Under the pieces are notes generated by a model. The model made no database searches. It was not told where the DNA came from and worked only from the letters and a program-made list of their open reading frames with translations. The position numbers and the translations under genes were made by a program. Below are positions 47,579 to 58,644 of a stretch of DNA of 64,000 bases, one piece after another. Positions within the stretch are counted from its first letter, which is position 1. Each line of letters begins with the position of its first letter. The stretch comes from Myxococcota bacterium (lineage in GTDB: Bacteria; Myxococcota_A; UBA796; UBA2385), in the NCBI GenBank assembly GCA_044344255.1, contig JBIJDH010000003.1, positions 352,001-416,000 of the forward strand. The letters run 5' to 3'.

Positions 47579-49138
47579 GTGGGGCGCGAGGCGCGGCTGG
47601 ACCGGACTTCGCTCCGCGCGGCCATCCTGCCGGTGCTCGCGGTGGCGGCGCTCGGCCTCTCGGTCCGGCTCTTGGTGGTCCCGGCCGTGTCTGAGCACGT
47701 CTATGATGGCCATGAGGCCGAGTACTGGGACCTGTTCGCAGGCACGCGGCGGCCCACCCAAGGCGGCACCGTCCTCTACCCGGCCATGCAGTGGCTCTGG
47801 TATGGGCTCGGGCGGGTCCTCCCCGCTCAGGCTGCGCTGCCCGTGCTGATCATGGCGAGCTTCGGCGTGGGTGCAGCCGCGCTGCTCGGTGTCACCGCCG
47901 CGACCCTCGCCGATCGGCGCGCCGGCATGCTCGTTGGCCTCCTCGCCCTCCTGCACCCCGCTCAAGCCGCGTGGAGCTCGAGCGCCTACAACGTCATCCT
48001 GCCCCACTTCTTCGGTTGCCTGTGCATCTGTGCCGCCGCGCGCCTCTCCCGCAGCCACCGGCCCTCTCTCGCCCTCGGAGCGCTCGGCGCGCTGAGCTTC
48101 ACGCTGGCGGTGGCGACCCGGCTCGACTCCGCGCTGATGGGCGTGCCGGCGCTGCTGCTGCTGCTCTTCGAGCGCCCACCCGGTCGCAGTTGGGGTGCGG
48201 CCCTCCGAGGGCGGATGGTCCTTGTGCCGCCCGCGCTCTTCTCGATCGTCCTCGCGGCGCGTGCGGCCTGGCCCCTGGTCTTTCCGGGAGAGGTGCCGGG
48301 AGCGGGGGAGCGTTGGCTCTCGTTCTGTATCAACGTTCGCCTGCTCGACTACTACGCTCCGCTGGACGGCTGGCTCGGCGTCCTGCTCGTCCTGCTCGGA
48401 GCGGCCTCGGCCGCGCGCCGATGGCCAGTGGCCACCGCTGTCCTCGTCTTGGGCGCCGCCTTGAACCACCTGCTCCTCGCAACATTCGACGACTTTGGTG
48501 AGCGTCACGCACTCTCCGCGCTCCCGGGCCTCCTCTGGTGTCTGGGGGCCGGTGCGGTGGCCGCCCCACGGTGGCTCAGCGGCGGGCTCGGCCTCGCCAG
48601 CACCCTCCATCTCCTCGTCGGGCTCGCGGATCTTCGGGGGCGCTACTATGGAACGGAGGAGGCCTACACCGAGCTGCTCGCCCATTCACCCTGGTCGGCG
48701 CTGCCGCGCTGGAGCGCGGAGGAGGCGAAGGTGGAGGATGGTTCGCCATGTGGATGGATCAACGAGGACCCTCGGGTCTCCGAGGCCCCGCTCCGCTCCC
48801 ACTTCAACCTCGTCGATCCCGTAGAGGCGGAGTCGCTCCGTGGGCCCACCTCTTGCCTGAGGCTCTGTATGGATGTACAGGACTGGCGATGGTCCAGCCG
48901 CGCCGTGCGCGACCGGGCCCTTCGGGTGTCTCACCTGTACCGTCTGCGCCCCATCGCGGTGGTGGAGGAAGTGGTGGAGGAAGGCGCCTCGGGGTATTCG
49001 TGTCTGGTCTTCGATCTCGGCGAGCGTACGTGCTGCGAAACCACCCCTGCAAGCTCCGCGCCGGCGTCTGCCGGGACGGGCGGGCACGTCGGTGGTGCCC
49101 ATGATCGAGGGCGCGTCGCAGATCCGAGCCTACCTTGA
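47579..49138 (+). CDS. Polytopic membrane protein, GT-C candidate; start probably upstream
   Basis: RL...YDGHEAEY, LALLHP..AAWSSS, TRLD, ERH; about 11 TM helices. Confidence 0.6.
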   Translation: MGREARLDRTSLRAAILPVLAVAALGLSVRLLVVPAVSEHVYDGHEAEYWDLFAGTRRPTQGGTVLYPAMQWLWYGLGRVLPAQAALPVLIMASFGVGAAALLGVTAATLADRRAGMLVGLLALLHPAQAAWSSSAYNVILPHFFGCLCICAAARLSRSHRPSLALGALGALSFTLAVATRLDSALMGVPALLLLLFERPPGRSWGAALRGRMVLVPPALFSIVLAARAAWPLVFPGEVPGAGERWLSFCINVRLLDYYAPLDGWLGVLLVLLGAASAARRWPVATAVLVLGAALNHLLLATFDDFGERHALSALPGLLWCLGAGAVAAPRWLSGGLGLASTLHLLVGLADLRGRYYGTEEAYTELLAHSPWSALPRWSAEEAKVEDGSPCGWINEDPRVSEAPLRSHFNLVDPVEAESLRGPTSCLRLCMDVQDWRWSSRAVRDRALRVSHLYRLRPIAVVEEVVEEGASGYSCLVFDLGERTCCETTPASSAPASAGTGGHVGGAHDRGRVADPSLP

Positions 49139-52136
49139 GGGCTTGACCTCTCGAGAGCGTCGGCTGCTGCTCCTCCGAGCGGGCTTCCAGGCTGGTGCGG
49201 CCGTGCTCCTCTCGCTCTCGCTCGCGGCTCTGGCGCTGTCCTTTGGCGGTGGGCGTTGGGTGGCGGTGGGGTTGCTGGCCTCCGTCGCCTTGGGCCTCGG
49301 CGTGACAGGCCTCCTCTGGCCGCTCCGGAGCGCGTGGCGCCCTGCGGCTGATCCGCTGGTGCAAGCCCGAAGGGTGGAGGCGCTCCTCCCCGAGCTGGAC
49401 CATCGCCTGGTCACCGCCGTGGACGTCGAGGTCAACCCGGCGAGCGCCGGCACCTTCTCTCGCTCCATCCTCGGCGCCATCGTGGCGGAGGCCGCGGGCC
49501 TCGCGCTCACCGTACCCCCGGCGGCCGTCATCCCCGACCGGCCGGCGCGGCAGGCGGGGGCCGGCCTGGCGCTGCTCCTGGCGCTGACCCTGGTTGGAGG
49601 GGGCTGGTTGCCGGTGGGGCCGATTGACGCCCTCGCCGTGGCCTTTGGGCGGGGGCTGGGCGCCGTCCTGCTGGAGAATGCAGGGCCGCCCTCAGACGAT
49701 GATGCTCGGGTCGTCGTGGGGGACATCGTCATCCGCTACACGTACCCGGCGTATACCGGCCTCCCGCCGATGGAGGTGCCGAATTCCGATGGCACGATCC
49801 ACGCTCCGCCCGGCACGGTGGTCGACGTCTCCGGTCGCAGCGCGGTGCCCTTCACGGCCGCCGCGCTCTCGGTCGGCGAAGAGGAGCCGATCGACGCGGT
49901 GTTGGTGGACGGGCGGGACGTCCGCGCGCGCTTCACCGTGACGGTCGATGGTGAGTGGCGATTCCTCTTCTTCAGCGGTGGTGCCGTCCAGCGAAGCGCC
50001 GACTTCCGGATCTTCGCCGAGGCCGACGCACCGCCGGAGGTGTCGGTGTCGGCGGCCCCGTCGGCTCCGGTGGCGGTCGACCAGCCTGTCGGGCTGCGTT
50101 GGTCGGCCCAGGATGACTTCGGGCTCGAGCACATCGCCGTCCAGGTCACCCGCGCCGACGGCTCGGTCCGAGAGGTGGAGCTCCGCCGCCCGGCTGACCA
50201 GCCGCGGGATCTCCGCGGCACCCTCGCCGTCACCCCCGGCGAGCTCGGCCTCGCACCGGGCGAGGAGGCGACCTTAAAGGTGCTCGCCTTCGACGCCCAA
50301 CCAGGCGGCGGCACGCAGATGGGCGAGTCCCCGGAGGTGAAGATCAAGGTCGGCGCGGCCAAGGGGCGCGGCAAGAACCTCGTCGGGTACTACGAGCGTC
50401 TACGGGACGCGATGATCCCCGCACTTGGAGACTTCCTGGAGGAGCCCCTCCTGCCCGCGCGAGACGCGGAGGGCATGAACCGCTGGGTCCAGGGGGCGAG
50501 GGGTCGCTTGGACGCCGTGGTCGAGCTTCGGCGAGCACAGTGGGGTGGGCAGCCCAGCGCGGGGCTGGACGGTGAGCTGGTCGACAAGGTGGTCGAGGCC
50601 GCGGCGCGCCTGTTCCGCTTCACGCTCACTACGTGGGAGTCCGGCAGCGGGAGGCGGGTCACCGCGGCGGACGAAGAGCGATTCCGTGCCCTGCACTCCG
50701 AGGAGATCAAGGCCCTCGAACAGGCGATCTACCTGCTCGACACCCTCGTTGGGCGTGTGGCGATGCAGGAGCTGGCAGACCGGGTGTCCGACCTCGCCGA
50801 CGAAGCCCGAGAGCTCGCAGGGCTCGCCGATGACGCAGGCGCAGCGGAGCTCCTGGCCCGCCTGGACCAGCTCGAGCGCCTGATGAAGGCCATCGCCAAG
50901 GCCGCAGAGCGGCTCGACAACCACATGGGAGAGTACGTCAACGCGCAGATCAGCCAGACGCAGGCCCTGACGAGCGAGATCCGCAAGGCGATCTCGGAGG
51001 GCCGCATGGAGGACGCCCGCGCGATGCTCCAGCAGCTCGCCGAGCAGGTCGATCAGATGGCCGAGAACATCCAGTCACAGGCCAGCGGCGGCGCGGACCA
51101 GGGCGACGAGCTCAAGAAGGCCTACGACGAGGCGATGAAGGAGCTCGAGGCGCTGGAGGCCGATCAACGCGCCCTGGCCGAGAAGCTCGAGGCGGACCGC
51201 GAACGATACGGCGAGTCGATGAGCGAGCAGATGAAGCTCTGGGCTGACCTGGACCGCCTCTCGGCCCAGGCCGACGCGCAGGCGAAGCTCGGTGTGGGCG
51301 CGGTCGGGGATGGCGCCGGCTGGCGAGCGAGCTCGATCACGTGGTTGGAGCGGCTGTCGGGCGCGGCCACCGGGGTCGCGGACGCCGTGCGCGCGCGGGA
51401 CGTCGAGGGGGCGGCGGATCGGGTGGCCCGCGCTCGCTCCCCGATGCGCATGGCCCGAGCCTCGGTGGAGGATGAGCAGCGTCGGGCGCGGCTGGCAGGA
51501 GAGAAGGTGCCCGAGGGCGTTCCGGCGGCGGCTCGCGGCGTGCAGGGTGCGAACGGGGCCCTCGAAGAGATGGCGCGCCTCCTCGACCAGCTCTCGGAGA
51601 TGAAGTCTGACGAGAGCCCCGAGATGCAGCGAGCGGCGCGGGAGCTGGCCAACCAACAGTCCGACCTCGAGCAGCGTCGCCAGTCCGCTGGCAAGAAGGT
51701 CGAGCGGGTGGAGCGGGCGATGCCCACCGCCGACGGCTCGGCCTCGGGCGCCATCCAGCAGGCCGGCGAAGCGATGGGCCGGGCCGAGGAGGCCCTGCGC
51801 GAGGGGCAAGCCAGCGCCGGGGAGGGGCATCAGCTCGACGCCGCCAACCGCGTCGGCGAGGCGCGAGACAACCTCCAGCAGCAGATGCAGCAGATGCAGC
51901 AGATGCAGCAGGCGGCTCGAAACATGCGCAAGAAGTCTGGCGAAGGGGAGGGTGAGCAGCACGGTCCCGAAGACCAGGGGATGTCGGCCGCCGATGACCT
52001 CGCCCTTCCGCCGCCCGAGGATTTCCCGAGCCCGGAGGCCTACCGACAGGGCCTCCTCCGTGGCATGGAGGCCTCTGTCCCCGAGGAGTACGAGGCGCTG
52101 AAGAAGCGGTACTTCGAAGATCTTGTGCGCCAATGA
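49101..52136 (+). CDS. DUF4175-like membrane-anchored Ig + long coiled-coil protein
   Basis: ATG 49101; 3 TM helices, YTYPAYTGLPP, D.PPEV, AQDDFGL, long helical region, VPEEY..KRYF. Confidence 0.8.
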   Translation: MIEGASQIRAYLEGLTSRERRLLLLRAGFQAGAAVLLSLSLAALALSFGGGRWVAVGLLASVALGLGVTGLLWPLRSAWRPAADPLVQARRVEALLPELDHRLVTAVDVEVNPASAGTFSRSILGAIVAEAAGLALTVPPAAVIPDRPARQAGAGLALLLALTLVGGGWLPVGPIDALAVAFGRGLGAVLLENAGPPSDDDARVVVGDIVIRYTYPAYTGLPPMEVPNSDGTIHAPPGTVVDVSGRSAVPFTAAALSVGEEEPIDAVLVDGRDVRARFTVTVDGEWRFLFFSGGAVQRSADFRIFAEADAPPEVSVSAAPSAPVAVDQPVGLRWSAQDDFGLEHIAVQVTRADGSVREVELRRPADQPRDLRGTLAVTPGELGLAPGEEATLKVLAFDAQPGGGTQMGESPEVKIKVGAAKGRGKNLVGYYERLRDAMIPALGDFLEEPLLPARDAEGMNRWVQGARGRLDAVVELRRAQWGGQPSAGLDGELVDKVVEAAARLFRFTLTTWESGSGRRVTAADEERFRALHSEEIKALEQAIYLLDTLVGRVAMQELADRVSDLADEARELAGLADDAGAAELLARLDQLERLMKAIAKAAERLDNHMGEYVNAQISQTQALTSEIRKAISEGRMEDARAMLQQLAEQVDQMAENIQSQASGGADQGDELKKAYDEAMKELEALEADQRALAEKLEADRERYGESMSEQMKLWADLDRLSAQADAQAKLGVGAVGDGAGWRASSITWLERLSGAATGVADAVRARDVEGAADRVARARSPMRMARASVEDEQRRARLAGEKVPEGVPAAARGVQGANGALEEMARLLDQLSEMKSDESPEMQRAARELANQQSDLEQRRQSAGKKVERVERAMPTADGSASGAIQQAGEAMGRAEEALREGQASAGEGHQLDAANRVGEARDNLQQQMQQMQQMQQAARNMRKKSGEGEGEQHGPEDQGMSAADDLALPPPEDFPSPEAYRQGLLRGMEASVPEEYEALKKRYFEDLVRQ

Positions 52137-53764
52137 ATAGGTTAAAACAAAACTATTCCGCGCTTCTGTGCGGCCTCGTCACGGTCGCCCGGTGGTGGGG
52201 ACTGCTGGCCCTGACCCTCGCTTGCCTGGCGCCGGGCTCGGCCTCGGCCTCTTTGGTGGAGGACGCGTCGGACTGCCTCGAGCGCTCCGATCTGGTCTGC
52301 GCGCAGAAGATCCGCGATCAGCTCCGGCGGGGGAACACCGGCAGCATCGCCGCGCTGGAGGTCGAAGCCACGGTCGCCTTTCATGAGGGGCGCTACACGG
52401 AGGCCCTCCAAGCCCTCGACGCCCTCAAGGCCCGCGGCGATGACGTCGAGACGGACAACCCGGGTACGCCTTACCGGGCGACCGCCGAGGCAGCAGACGG
52501 GCTCATCTCTGCGGAAGCGCCGGGCGTTCGGGTTCGCTACTCTCCGGGCGTGGACGCGATCCTCGCGGAGGAGGCCGTGAGCACGCTCGCACGGTCGCGC
52601 ACCGTTTACGGTGAGCTCCTGGGCGGCGCGCCGCCGCAAGACCTCGTGTTGGACATCTTCCCAACGGCGAGGCGCTTCACGCTGGCGAGCGGCCTGCCCC
52701 CCGAGAGCGTGGAGACCACCGGCGTGGTCGCCCTGTCCAAATGGACCCGCCTCCTGTTGACGAGCCCGCGGGCACTGGCCAGGGGCTACGGATGGAAGGA
52801 CACCGCCGCTCACGAGTACATCCACCTCGTCGTCGCCTGGCGGACGGGGAACCGAGCGCCGGTCTGGCTCCAGGAGGGCCTGGCGAAGTTCTTGGAGGGC
52901 TTCTGGCGCGGTCAGACTGACGGAGGCCTGCCGGCCCATCATCAGAGCTTGCTGGCAGAGGCGGTTCGGACTGGGAAGTTCGTGCCCTTTGAGAAGTTCG
53001 CGCGCTCGATGGCCTACCTCGACAGCGGGGAGGAGGCCGCGTTGGCCTTCGCCCAGGTCTCGACGATGGTACAGTTCTTGGTCGTAAAGTCCGGCGCCGA
53101 GGCCTTGCCCGGCGTGCTCGACCGGGTGCGAGACGGGGCGCAGGCGGAGGCGGCCGTGGCCGAAGCCGCTGGCTACCCGAACTTTGAGGCCTTCCGACAA
53201 GGCTGGGTGGAGTGGCTCCGCACGCTGCCGCTGGTCCAGCAGCACCTCGCCGCGCTGCCGATGGTCCTCGAAGGCGGAGGGGATGAGTTCGCGGAGGACC
53301 CGCTGCTGTCGGGCCGCGCCGATCTCGCTCGGTACACGCGGTTGGGCGATCTGTTGCGCAAGAGTGGTCGGCCCAAGGCGGCGCTGATCGAGTACGAGAA
53401 GGCCGAGGACCCGAAGGGGCCGCCTTCGCCGCTCCTGATGGCGCGCCGGGCGGACTGCTACCTCGCGCTCGGAGATGTACAAAAGGCTCTCTCGATCGTG
53501 GACGAAGGGAGGCGACTGTATCCGGAGTTCACGCTCATCCAGGTGACCCGCGGCCGCCTCCTCGATCAGCTCGGCCGCACCTCCGAGGCGATCGAGGCCT
53601 GGCAGGCCGCGCACGATCTCAACCCCTACGACCCCGCCGTACAGGCCGCGCTGGTCCGTGACTATCGGGCCACCGGGGACCTCGAGCGGGCGGCGCGGCA
53701 CGAGCGCTTCGCTCAAATCCTGGCGAGCGGCGGCGCCGACCCCGGGCCGTCCGCGCCTCGGTGA
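52133..53764 (+). CDS. Secreted TPR + peptidase MA-like (gluzincin) protein
   Basis: Signal peptide; HEYIH...[10 protein letters not shown]-terminal TPRs. Confidence 0.85.
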   Translation: MNRLKQNYSALLCGLVTVARWWGLLALTLACLAPGSASASLVEDASDCLERSDLVCAQKIRDQLRRGNTGSIAALEVEATVAFHEGRYTEALQALDALKARGDDVETDNPGTPYRATAEAADGLISAEAPGVRVRYSPGVDAILAEEAVSTLARSRTVYGELLGGAPPQDLVLDIFPTARRFTLASGLPPESVETTGVVALSKWTRLLLTSPRALARGYGWKDTAAHEYIHLVVAWRTGNRAPVWLQEGLAKFLEGFWRGQTDGGLPAHHQSLLAEAVRTGKFVPFEKFARSMAYLDSGEEAALAFAQVSTMVQFLVVKSGAEALPGVLDRVRDGAQAEAAVAEAAGYPNFEAFRQGWVEWLRTLPLVQQHLAALPMVLEGGGDEFAEDPLLSGRADLARYTRLGDLLRKSGRPKAALIEYEKAEDPKGPPSPLLMARRADCYLALGDVQKALSIVDEGRRLYPEFTLIQVTRGRLLDQLGRTSEAIEAWQAAHDLNPYDPAVQAALVRDYRATGDLERAARHERFAQILASGGADPGPSAPR

Positions 53765-53796
53765 TGGGTTACCCGTCCGTCTCGCAGGGGAGCACC

Positions 53797-54816
53797 ATGG
53801 CATCGGGTTCGACATCAGCGATGGACGGCGGTGAGGACGACCTCGCGCTCCTGCAGGAGCTCGGGGAGGTGCGAGAGCGCCTCGTGGCGGCGATCGGGAC
53901 GCGGATCGTGGGTCAGCGGAAGGTGGTCGATCAGCTCCTCGTGGCCCTCTTCGCGCAGGGCCACTGCCTCTTCATCGGGGTGCCCGGGCTCGCCAAGACC
54001 CTCTTGGTCTCCACCGCCGCCCGCGCGCTCGGCTTGTCTTCGGGGCGCGTCCAGTTCACTCCGGATCTCATGCCCGCCGACATCACCGGCACCGAGGTCC
54101 TCGAGGAGGATCGCAGCACGGGGCGTCGGGAGCTCCGCTTCATCCCCGGGCCCATCTTCACGAACCTCCTGCTGGCTGACGAGATCAACCGCACTCCGCC
54201 GAAGACGCAGGCGGCGCTGCTGGAGGCGATGCAGGAGCGGCGCGTGACCGCGGGCGGCCGGACCTACCCTCTACAGGCTCCCTTCCTCGTCTTCGCCACG
54301 CAGAACCCCATCGAGCAGGAGGGGACCTATCCTCTACCGGAAGCGGAGCTGGATCGGTTCATGTTCTCCGTGCGTGTCGGGTACCCGACAGAGGCGGAGG
54401 AGATCGAGGTGGTCCGTCGCACCACCGGCGTCGAGCCGGAGGGAGTGGAGGCGGTGCTGGGCCGCGAGAAGCTGCTCCAGCTGCAGGCCCTCGTCCGCCG
54501 CCTCCCGGTGAGCGACGACGTTCATCGGTACGCCGTCCGGCTGGCCCGCGCGACGCGGCCCGGTCCGGGGGCCCTGGACTTCGTCAACCGGTGGGTGCGG
54601 TGGGGCGCCGGTCCGCGGGCGAGCCAATACCTCTCCCTGGGTGCGCGGGTGCAAGCGGCGTTGGAGGGGAGGAAGAACCCCAAGCCCGCCGACGTGGAGA
54701 GCGTCGCCCAGGCCGTTCTGTCTCACCGCATCGTGCTCGGCTTTCAGGCCGAGGCGGAGGGGATCGGAGCCGAGACCGTGGTGGAGCGGATCCTCTCGAC
54801 GGTGGGGGCGCGGTGA
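53797..54816 (+). CDS. moxR: MoxR family AAA+ ATPase
   Basis: [61 protein letters not shown]. Confidence 0.96.
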   Translation: MASGSTSAMDGGEDDLALLQELGEVRERLVAAIGTRIVGQRKVVDQLLVALFAQGHCLFIGVPGLAKTLLVSTAARALGLSSGRVQFTPDLMPADITGTEVLEEDRSTGRRELRFIPGPIFTNLLLADEINRTPPKTQAALLEAMQERRVTAGGRTYPLQAPFLVFATQNPIEQEGTYPLPEAELDRFMFSVRVGYPTEAEEIEVVRRTTGVEPEGVEAVLGREKLLQLQALVRRLPVSDDVHRYAVRLARATRPGPGALDFVNRWVRWGAGPRASQYLSLGARVQAALEGRKNPKPADVESVAQAVLSHRIVLGFQAEAEGIGAETVVERILSTVGAR

Positions 54817-55733
54817 CCGAATCGGTCCCCCCTTGGGACCCCGAGGTCCTGGCGCGCATCAAGGTGCTCCACCTTCGAGCGCGACAGCTCGTCGCGGGGG
54901 CCTCGCATGGGGGCCACGCCAGCGTACGGGTCACCTCGAATGTCGAGTTCGCCGATTATAAAGAGTACAGTCCAGGAGACCCCCTCCGGGACCTCGACTG
55001 GAGGGTCCAAGCCCGCACCGACCGCCTCGTGGTGCGACGGCACCGGGCCGAGACGGAGATGCCGGTCACCTTCCTCGTCGACGCCAGCGGCGATCTGGCG
55101 ACCGGGGAGGGGTTTCGATCCGGCCGACGCCTGAGACCGGCCCTCGAGGGCACGAAGTGGGGATACGCGGCGGTGTTGACGGCGACCTTGGCGTGGTGGC
55201 TGCACCGCCGGGGAGAGCCGGTGGGCCTGATGGTGGCGGGCGGAACGGGGGTTCGTTGGCCCTGGCTGCCGCCTCGGGGTGGGATCCAGCACCTCACGCG
55301 AATCTTTGGCGTGTTGGCGGACCTCACCCCGAGCGGAGAGGCCAACCTCGGCCGGTCGCTCACCGAGCTCGGCGCCCGCCTCCCCCGACGCTCGATGCTG
55401 GTCCTCGTGAGCGACCTCATGGAGGAGCCGGCCGCCTGGGGCCCCCCGCTCTCCGGGATCCTGGCCCGCCAGGTCGATATTCGGGTGGCGCACCTGCATG
55501 ACGCGCGGGAGTGGAGGCTCGACTACGGCAGCGGGCTCCGCTTTCGCTCTCCGGAGGGAGGGGAGGCGCTGGCCATCGATCCCGACGACGTGAGACCGGC
55601 CTTTGAGGCTGTGCTCGCCGAGTACCTCGCCGAGGTCCGGGCGTGGCTCGGCAGCGCCCGCAGCCATCATGTCCTCGCCCCGACGGATCAGGCGATGGAC
55701 CGCGTCCTCGCCGGCCTCCTCAGGGGGGCTTGA
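54813..55733 (+). CDS. DUF58 domain protein
   Basis: GTGA overlap; [25 protein letters not shown]. Confidence 0.92.
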   Translation: MTESVPPWDPEVLARIKVLHLRARQLVAGASHGGHASVRVTSNVEFADYKEYSPGDPLRDLDWRVQARTDRLVVRRHRAETEMPVTFLVDASGDLATGEGFRSGRRLRPALEGTKWGYAAVLTATLAWWLHRRGEPVGLMVAGGTGVRWPWLPPRGGIQHLTRIFGVLADLTPSGEANLGRSLTELGARLPRRSMLVLVSDLMEEPAAWGPPLSGILARQVDIRVAHLHDAREWRLDYGSGLRFRSPEGGEALAIDPDDVRPAFEAVLAEYLAEVRAWLGSARSHHVLAPTDQAMDRVLAGLLRGA

Positions 55734-57848
55734 GTGCAGGTCGGCCTCCTCGTCCCCGCCGCCCTCGCGCTCGGCCTCCTCGTGGTCGGGCCCCTGCTCG
55801 CGCACCTCTTGCAGCGGCGCCCCGTGCGGGAGCAGCTCTACGGGGCGATGATCCTTCTGCGGCGCCTGCCGCGAAAGACCCGACGGCGGAGTCGCCTTCA
55901 CGACCTCCTCCTCCTCCTGCTCCGCTGCCTCGTGCTCCTCCTGGTCGCGGCTGCGGTGAGCCGCCCCGAGCTCCGCTGGCCAGGGGCGGCGGACGCCGAG
56001 ACCGGGCCTCGCGCGGTGGTGATGGTGGTGGACAACAGCCTCTCGATGGACCTTCGAGACAGCGGGGTCGGCCTGCCCGGCGCCGCCTTGACCGAGCCCG
56101 CTTCGGCGTTGGCGCGGGCCCGCGCGGCGGCCCTGGAGGCGGTGCGCGCCCTGCCTGAGGGCACACGGGTGGGGGTGGTCTCGATCGGCGGCGCTGCGAC
56201 CCGGCTCACGGCTGGCGTGGAGGCCGATCACCTCGTCTCCCTGGCCGCGATCGACGCCATCCCGCAGACGTCGGGCGGCACCGACCTCGTGGGCGGCCTC
56301 CGCGAGGCGCGGCGGATGCTCGAAGGGAAGGGGGGCGCGGTTTATGTCTTCACCGATCAGGCCGGGCCGACCGCGCTGCCGGCCGCGCGAGGTGAGATCG
56401 AGCTCCTCGCCGACCAGGACGTGGCCCTTGTCCCGCGGCCGATCACCCCCGCGCGGATCGCGAACGTGGCGGTCATCGGGGCCCGCTATGGGGACGGCGT
56501 GGAGGGCGGAAGCGTGCGGCTGCAGGTGATGAACTTCGGCGGCTCCCCGCTCGAGGTGCCGCTCACGGTTCACTTGCCGGACGGTAAGGGCATCACCACC
56601 TTCGTCGATCTTCCCGCGGAGGGCATGTCCGAGGCCACGGTCACGATCCCTCGGGTCGCCGAGGGCGGCGTCGCGGTGGCAGAGGTGGAGGACCCCGCCC
56701 TCCCCGCGGACAATCGTTTCTCCTTTCACCTGCCGCGGGTCGGGGCGAGCCGCGTGCTGGTCGTCGATGGGGACCCTGGCTCCACGCCCGTGGCCTCCGA
56801 GGTCTACTTCCTCGAGCGGGCCCTGTCACCGTGGGGAGGCGCCGGCGGTGTGGCCGCCGGGGTCCTGCCCGACGTCACCACCATCGCCGGCCTCTCGAAC
56901 CTCGATCCCGAGGTGCACCGGGTCGTCTTCTTGGCCAACGTGGCTGATCCGGAGCCCGTGGCGGCCCGGCTCGGTGACTTTGTGCGCAAGGGGGGCGCGC
57001 TGGTCGTGGGGCTCGGCAACAACGTCACGGGCGAACGATACAACGGGGCGCTCGGTCCGCTCCTCCCCGCCGGCCTCAAGGCCCCTCATCCGCTCGGCGC
57101 CCTCGGGGATGAAGGGCTGCCGATGGACCTCCCGGACGCCCAGACGGAGCTCTTTCGCCCCTTCGCCCGGGGTGGCCTCGAGAGCTTCGGGCGTGCCCGC
57201 TTCCGACAGGTCTACGATCTGGAGCCGTACGAGGAGGCCACGGGGACCCGCACGTTGATGAGGCTCCAGGGCGGCGTGCCGCTGCTGGTTGAACATGCCT
57301 TCGGGCGAGGGAAGGTGCTGCTCTACACCTCCACCTTTGACCTCGGTTGGTGCAGCTTCCCCTTTCAGGCCGCCTTCGTGCCCTGGGTTCAGAGGCTCGT
57401 GAGCTACCTCGGCGCGGAGGCCGGAGGGGGAGGGGAGCGCCGAACGGCGACCGTGGGCGACAACCTCGGGATCAAGGTGGGAGACGCCACCGCCGTGGCC
57501 ACCGTGCAGGGTCCGTCCGGGCCTCGGCCGAGCCAGCTCGTGGGCGACGAGCTCCGCTTCCTGGTCGACGCCCCGGGGGACTGGCGAGTGCTGTCCGCCG
57601 CGGGTCCCCCGATCGCTTGGGTGGCGGTCAACGTAGATCCGCGGGAGAGCGACGTCCGCCCCGGGCCCTCCCTCGTGGAGACCGCCGCGGAGATCGATCC
57701 CGAGCGCTTCCTCCGTCGGGCGGAGCTCGCCCCCTGGCTGCTCGCGGCGGCCCTCGGCGTCGCGGTGGCGCAGGCCCTGGTCGGGGCCTGGCTCACCCGA
57801 CGCTCCCTCGCAGAGCCTGACCGGGAGGTGGTGGATGCCGCTCAATAG
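55734..57848 (+). CDS. BatA-N-terminal + VWA + GATase-like membrane protein
   Basis: PLLAHL, LLLLLR..SRP, VDNSLSM, DNRF, FV.KGG.L, GRGKVLL, VNVDPRESD, C-terminal TM helix. Confidence 0.85.
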   Translation: MQVGLLVPAALALGLLVVGPLLAHLLQRRPVREQLYGAMILLRRLPRKTRRRSRLHDLLLLLLRCLVLLLVAAAVSRPELRWPGAADAETGPRAVVMVVDNSLSMDLRDSGVGLPGAALTEPASALARARAAALEAVRALPEGTRVGVVSIGGAATRLTAGVEADHLVSLAAIDAIPQTSGGTDLVGGLREARRMLEGKGGAVYVFTDQAGPTALPAARGEIELLADQDVALVPRPITPARIANVAVIGARYGDGVEGGSVRLQVMNFGGSPLEVPLTVHLPDGKGITTFVDLPAEGMSEATVTIPRVAEGGVAVAEVEDPALPADNRFSFHLPRVGASRVLVVDGDPGSTPVASEVYFLERALSPWGGAGGVAAGVLPDVTTIAGLSNLDPEVHRVVFLANVADPEPVAARLGDFVRKGGALVVGLGNNVTGERYNGALGPLLPAGLKAPHPLGALGDEGLPMDLPDAQTELFRPFARGGLESFGRARFRQVYDLEPYEEATGTRTLMRLQGGVPLLVEHAFGRGKVLLYTSTFDLGWCSFPFQAAFVPWVQRLVSYLGAEAGGGGERRTATVGDNLGIKVGDATAVATVQGPSGPRPSQLVGDELRFLVDAPGDWRVLSAAGPPIAWVAVNVDPRESDVRPGPSLVETAAEIDPERFLRRAELAPWLLAAALGVAVAQALVGAWLTRRSLAEPDREVVDAAQ

Positions 57849-58644
57849 ACCCTCGCCTCCCAGCTGGAGCCGCCGCCACCTGCTCCGCGCGACGGCGAGC
57901 AGCCTCGGGGCCCTCTCGGTGTCACTGCCTTTGTCTCTACCGTTTTCTCTCTCGGCCGGCGCCCTCGGCCCGAGCAGCCAGCTCGACGTCGCCGAGATCG
58001 TACTGCCCTCCGGCACCACCAGCCGGCCGCGGGCCTGGGAGCGGCTGCTCTTCGAGGTCATCAACTCGACGAGCGTGACGGCCAACCCGAGCGCGGTCCA
58101 GGTGGCCCCTGAGGATCCGCTCCTGTTCCGCCACCCCTTCAGCGTGCTCCTGGGGGCGGGCCAGCTGCCGGCCTTGAGTGACGTCGCCATCGAGCAGCTG
58201 GTTCGGTACCTTTCCTACGGTGGTTTCATCATCATCGATGACACCACGGGCTCGCTCGGCGGGCCCTTCGCCCGGTCGGTGCGGCAGCTCTGTCGGCGGC
58301 TCTTCCCGACCCGGCCCCTCGCCCCGCTGCCCGCCGACCACTCCATCTACCGAGCCTTCTTCCTCATCGATCGGCCGATGGGGCGGCTCGACCTCGCGCC
58401 GGAGCTCGAAGGGGTGACCATCGGCCCCGTCACCCCGCTCGTATTCTGTCCGAACGACCTCTCGGGGGCCCTCGATCGGCAGGCGGACGGTCGGGATCGG
58501 TTCCCCGTGGTGCCCGGCGGTGACGACCAGCGCCGCGAGGCGGTGAAGCTGGCGGTCAACCTGGTTATGTACTCGCTCACCTCGAACTACAAGCACGATC
58601 AGGCCCACGTGGCCGAGCTCATGCGCGACGGACGTATCGAGTGA
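57835..58644 (+). CDS. DUF4159 domain protein with Tat-like signal
   Basis: SRRHLL twin-Arg; YL..GGFIIIDD, DHSIYRAFF, NDLSGA, VNLVMYSLT.NYK.DQ.H. Confidence 0.88.
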   Translation: MPLNRPSPPSWSRRHLLRATASSLGALSVSLPLSLPFSLSAGALGPSSQLDVAEIVLPSGTTSRPRAWERLLFEVINSTSVTANPSAVQVAPEDPLLFRHPFSVLLGAGQLPALSDVAIEQLVRYLSYGGFIIIDDTTGSLGGPFARSVRQLCRRLFPTRPLAPLPADHSIYRAFFLIDRPMGRLDLAPELEGVTIGPVTPLVFCPNDLSGALDRQADGRDRFPVVPGGDDQRREAVKLAVNLVMYSLTSNYKHDQAHVAELMRDGRIE

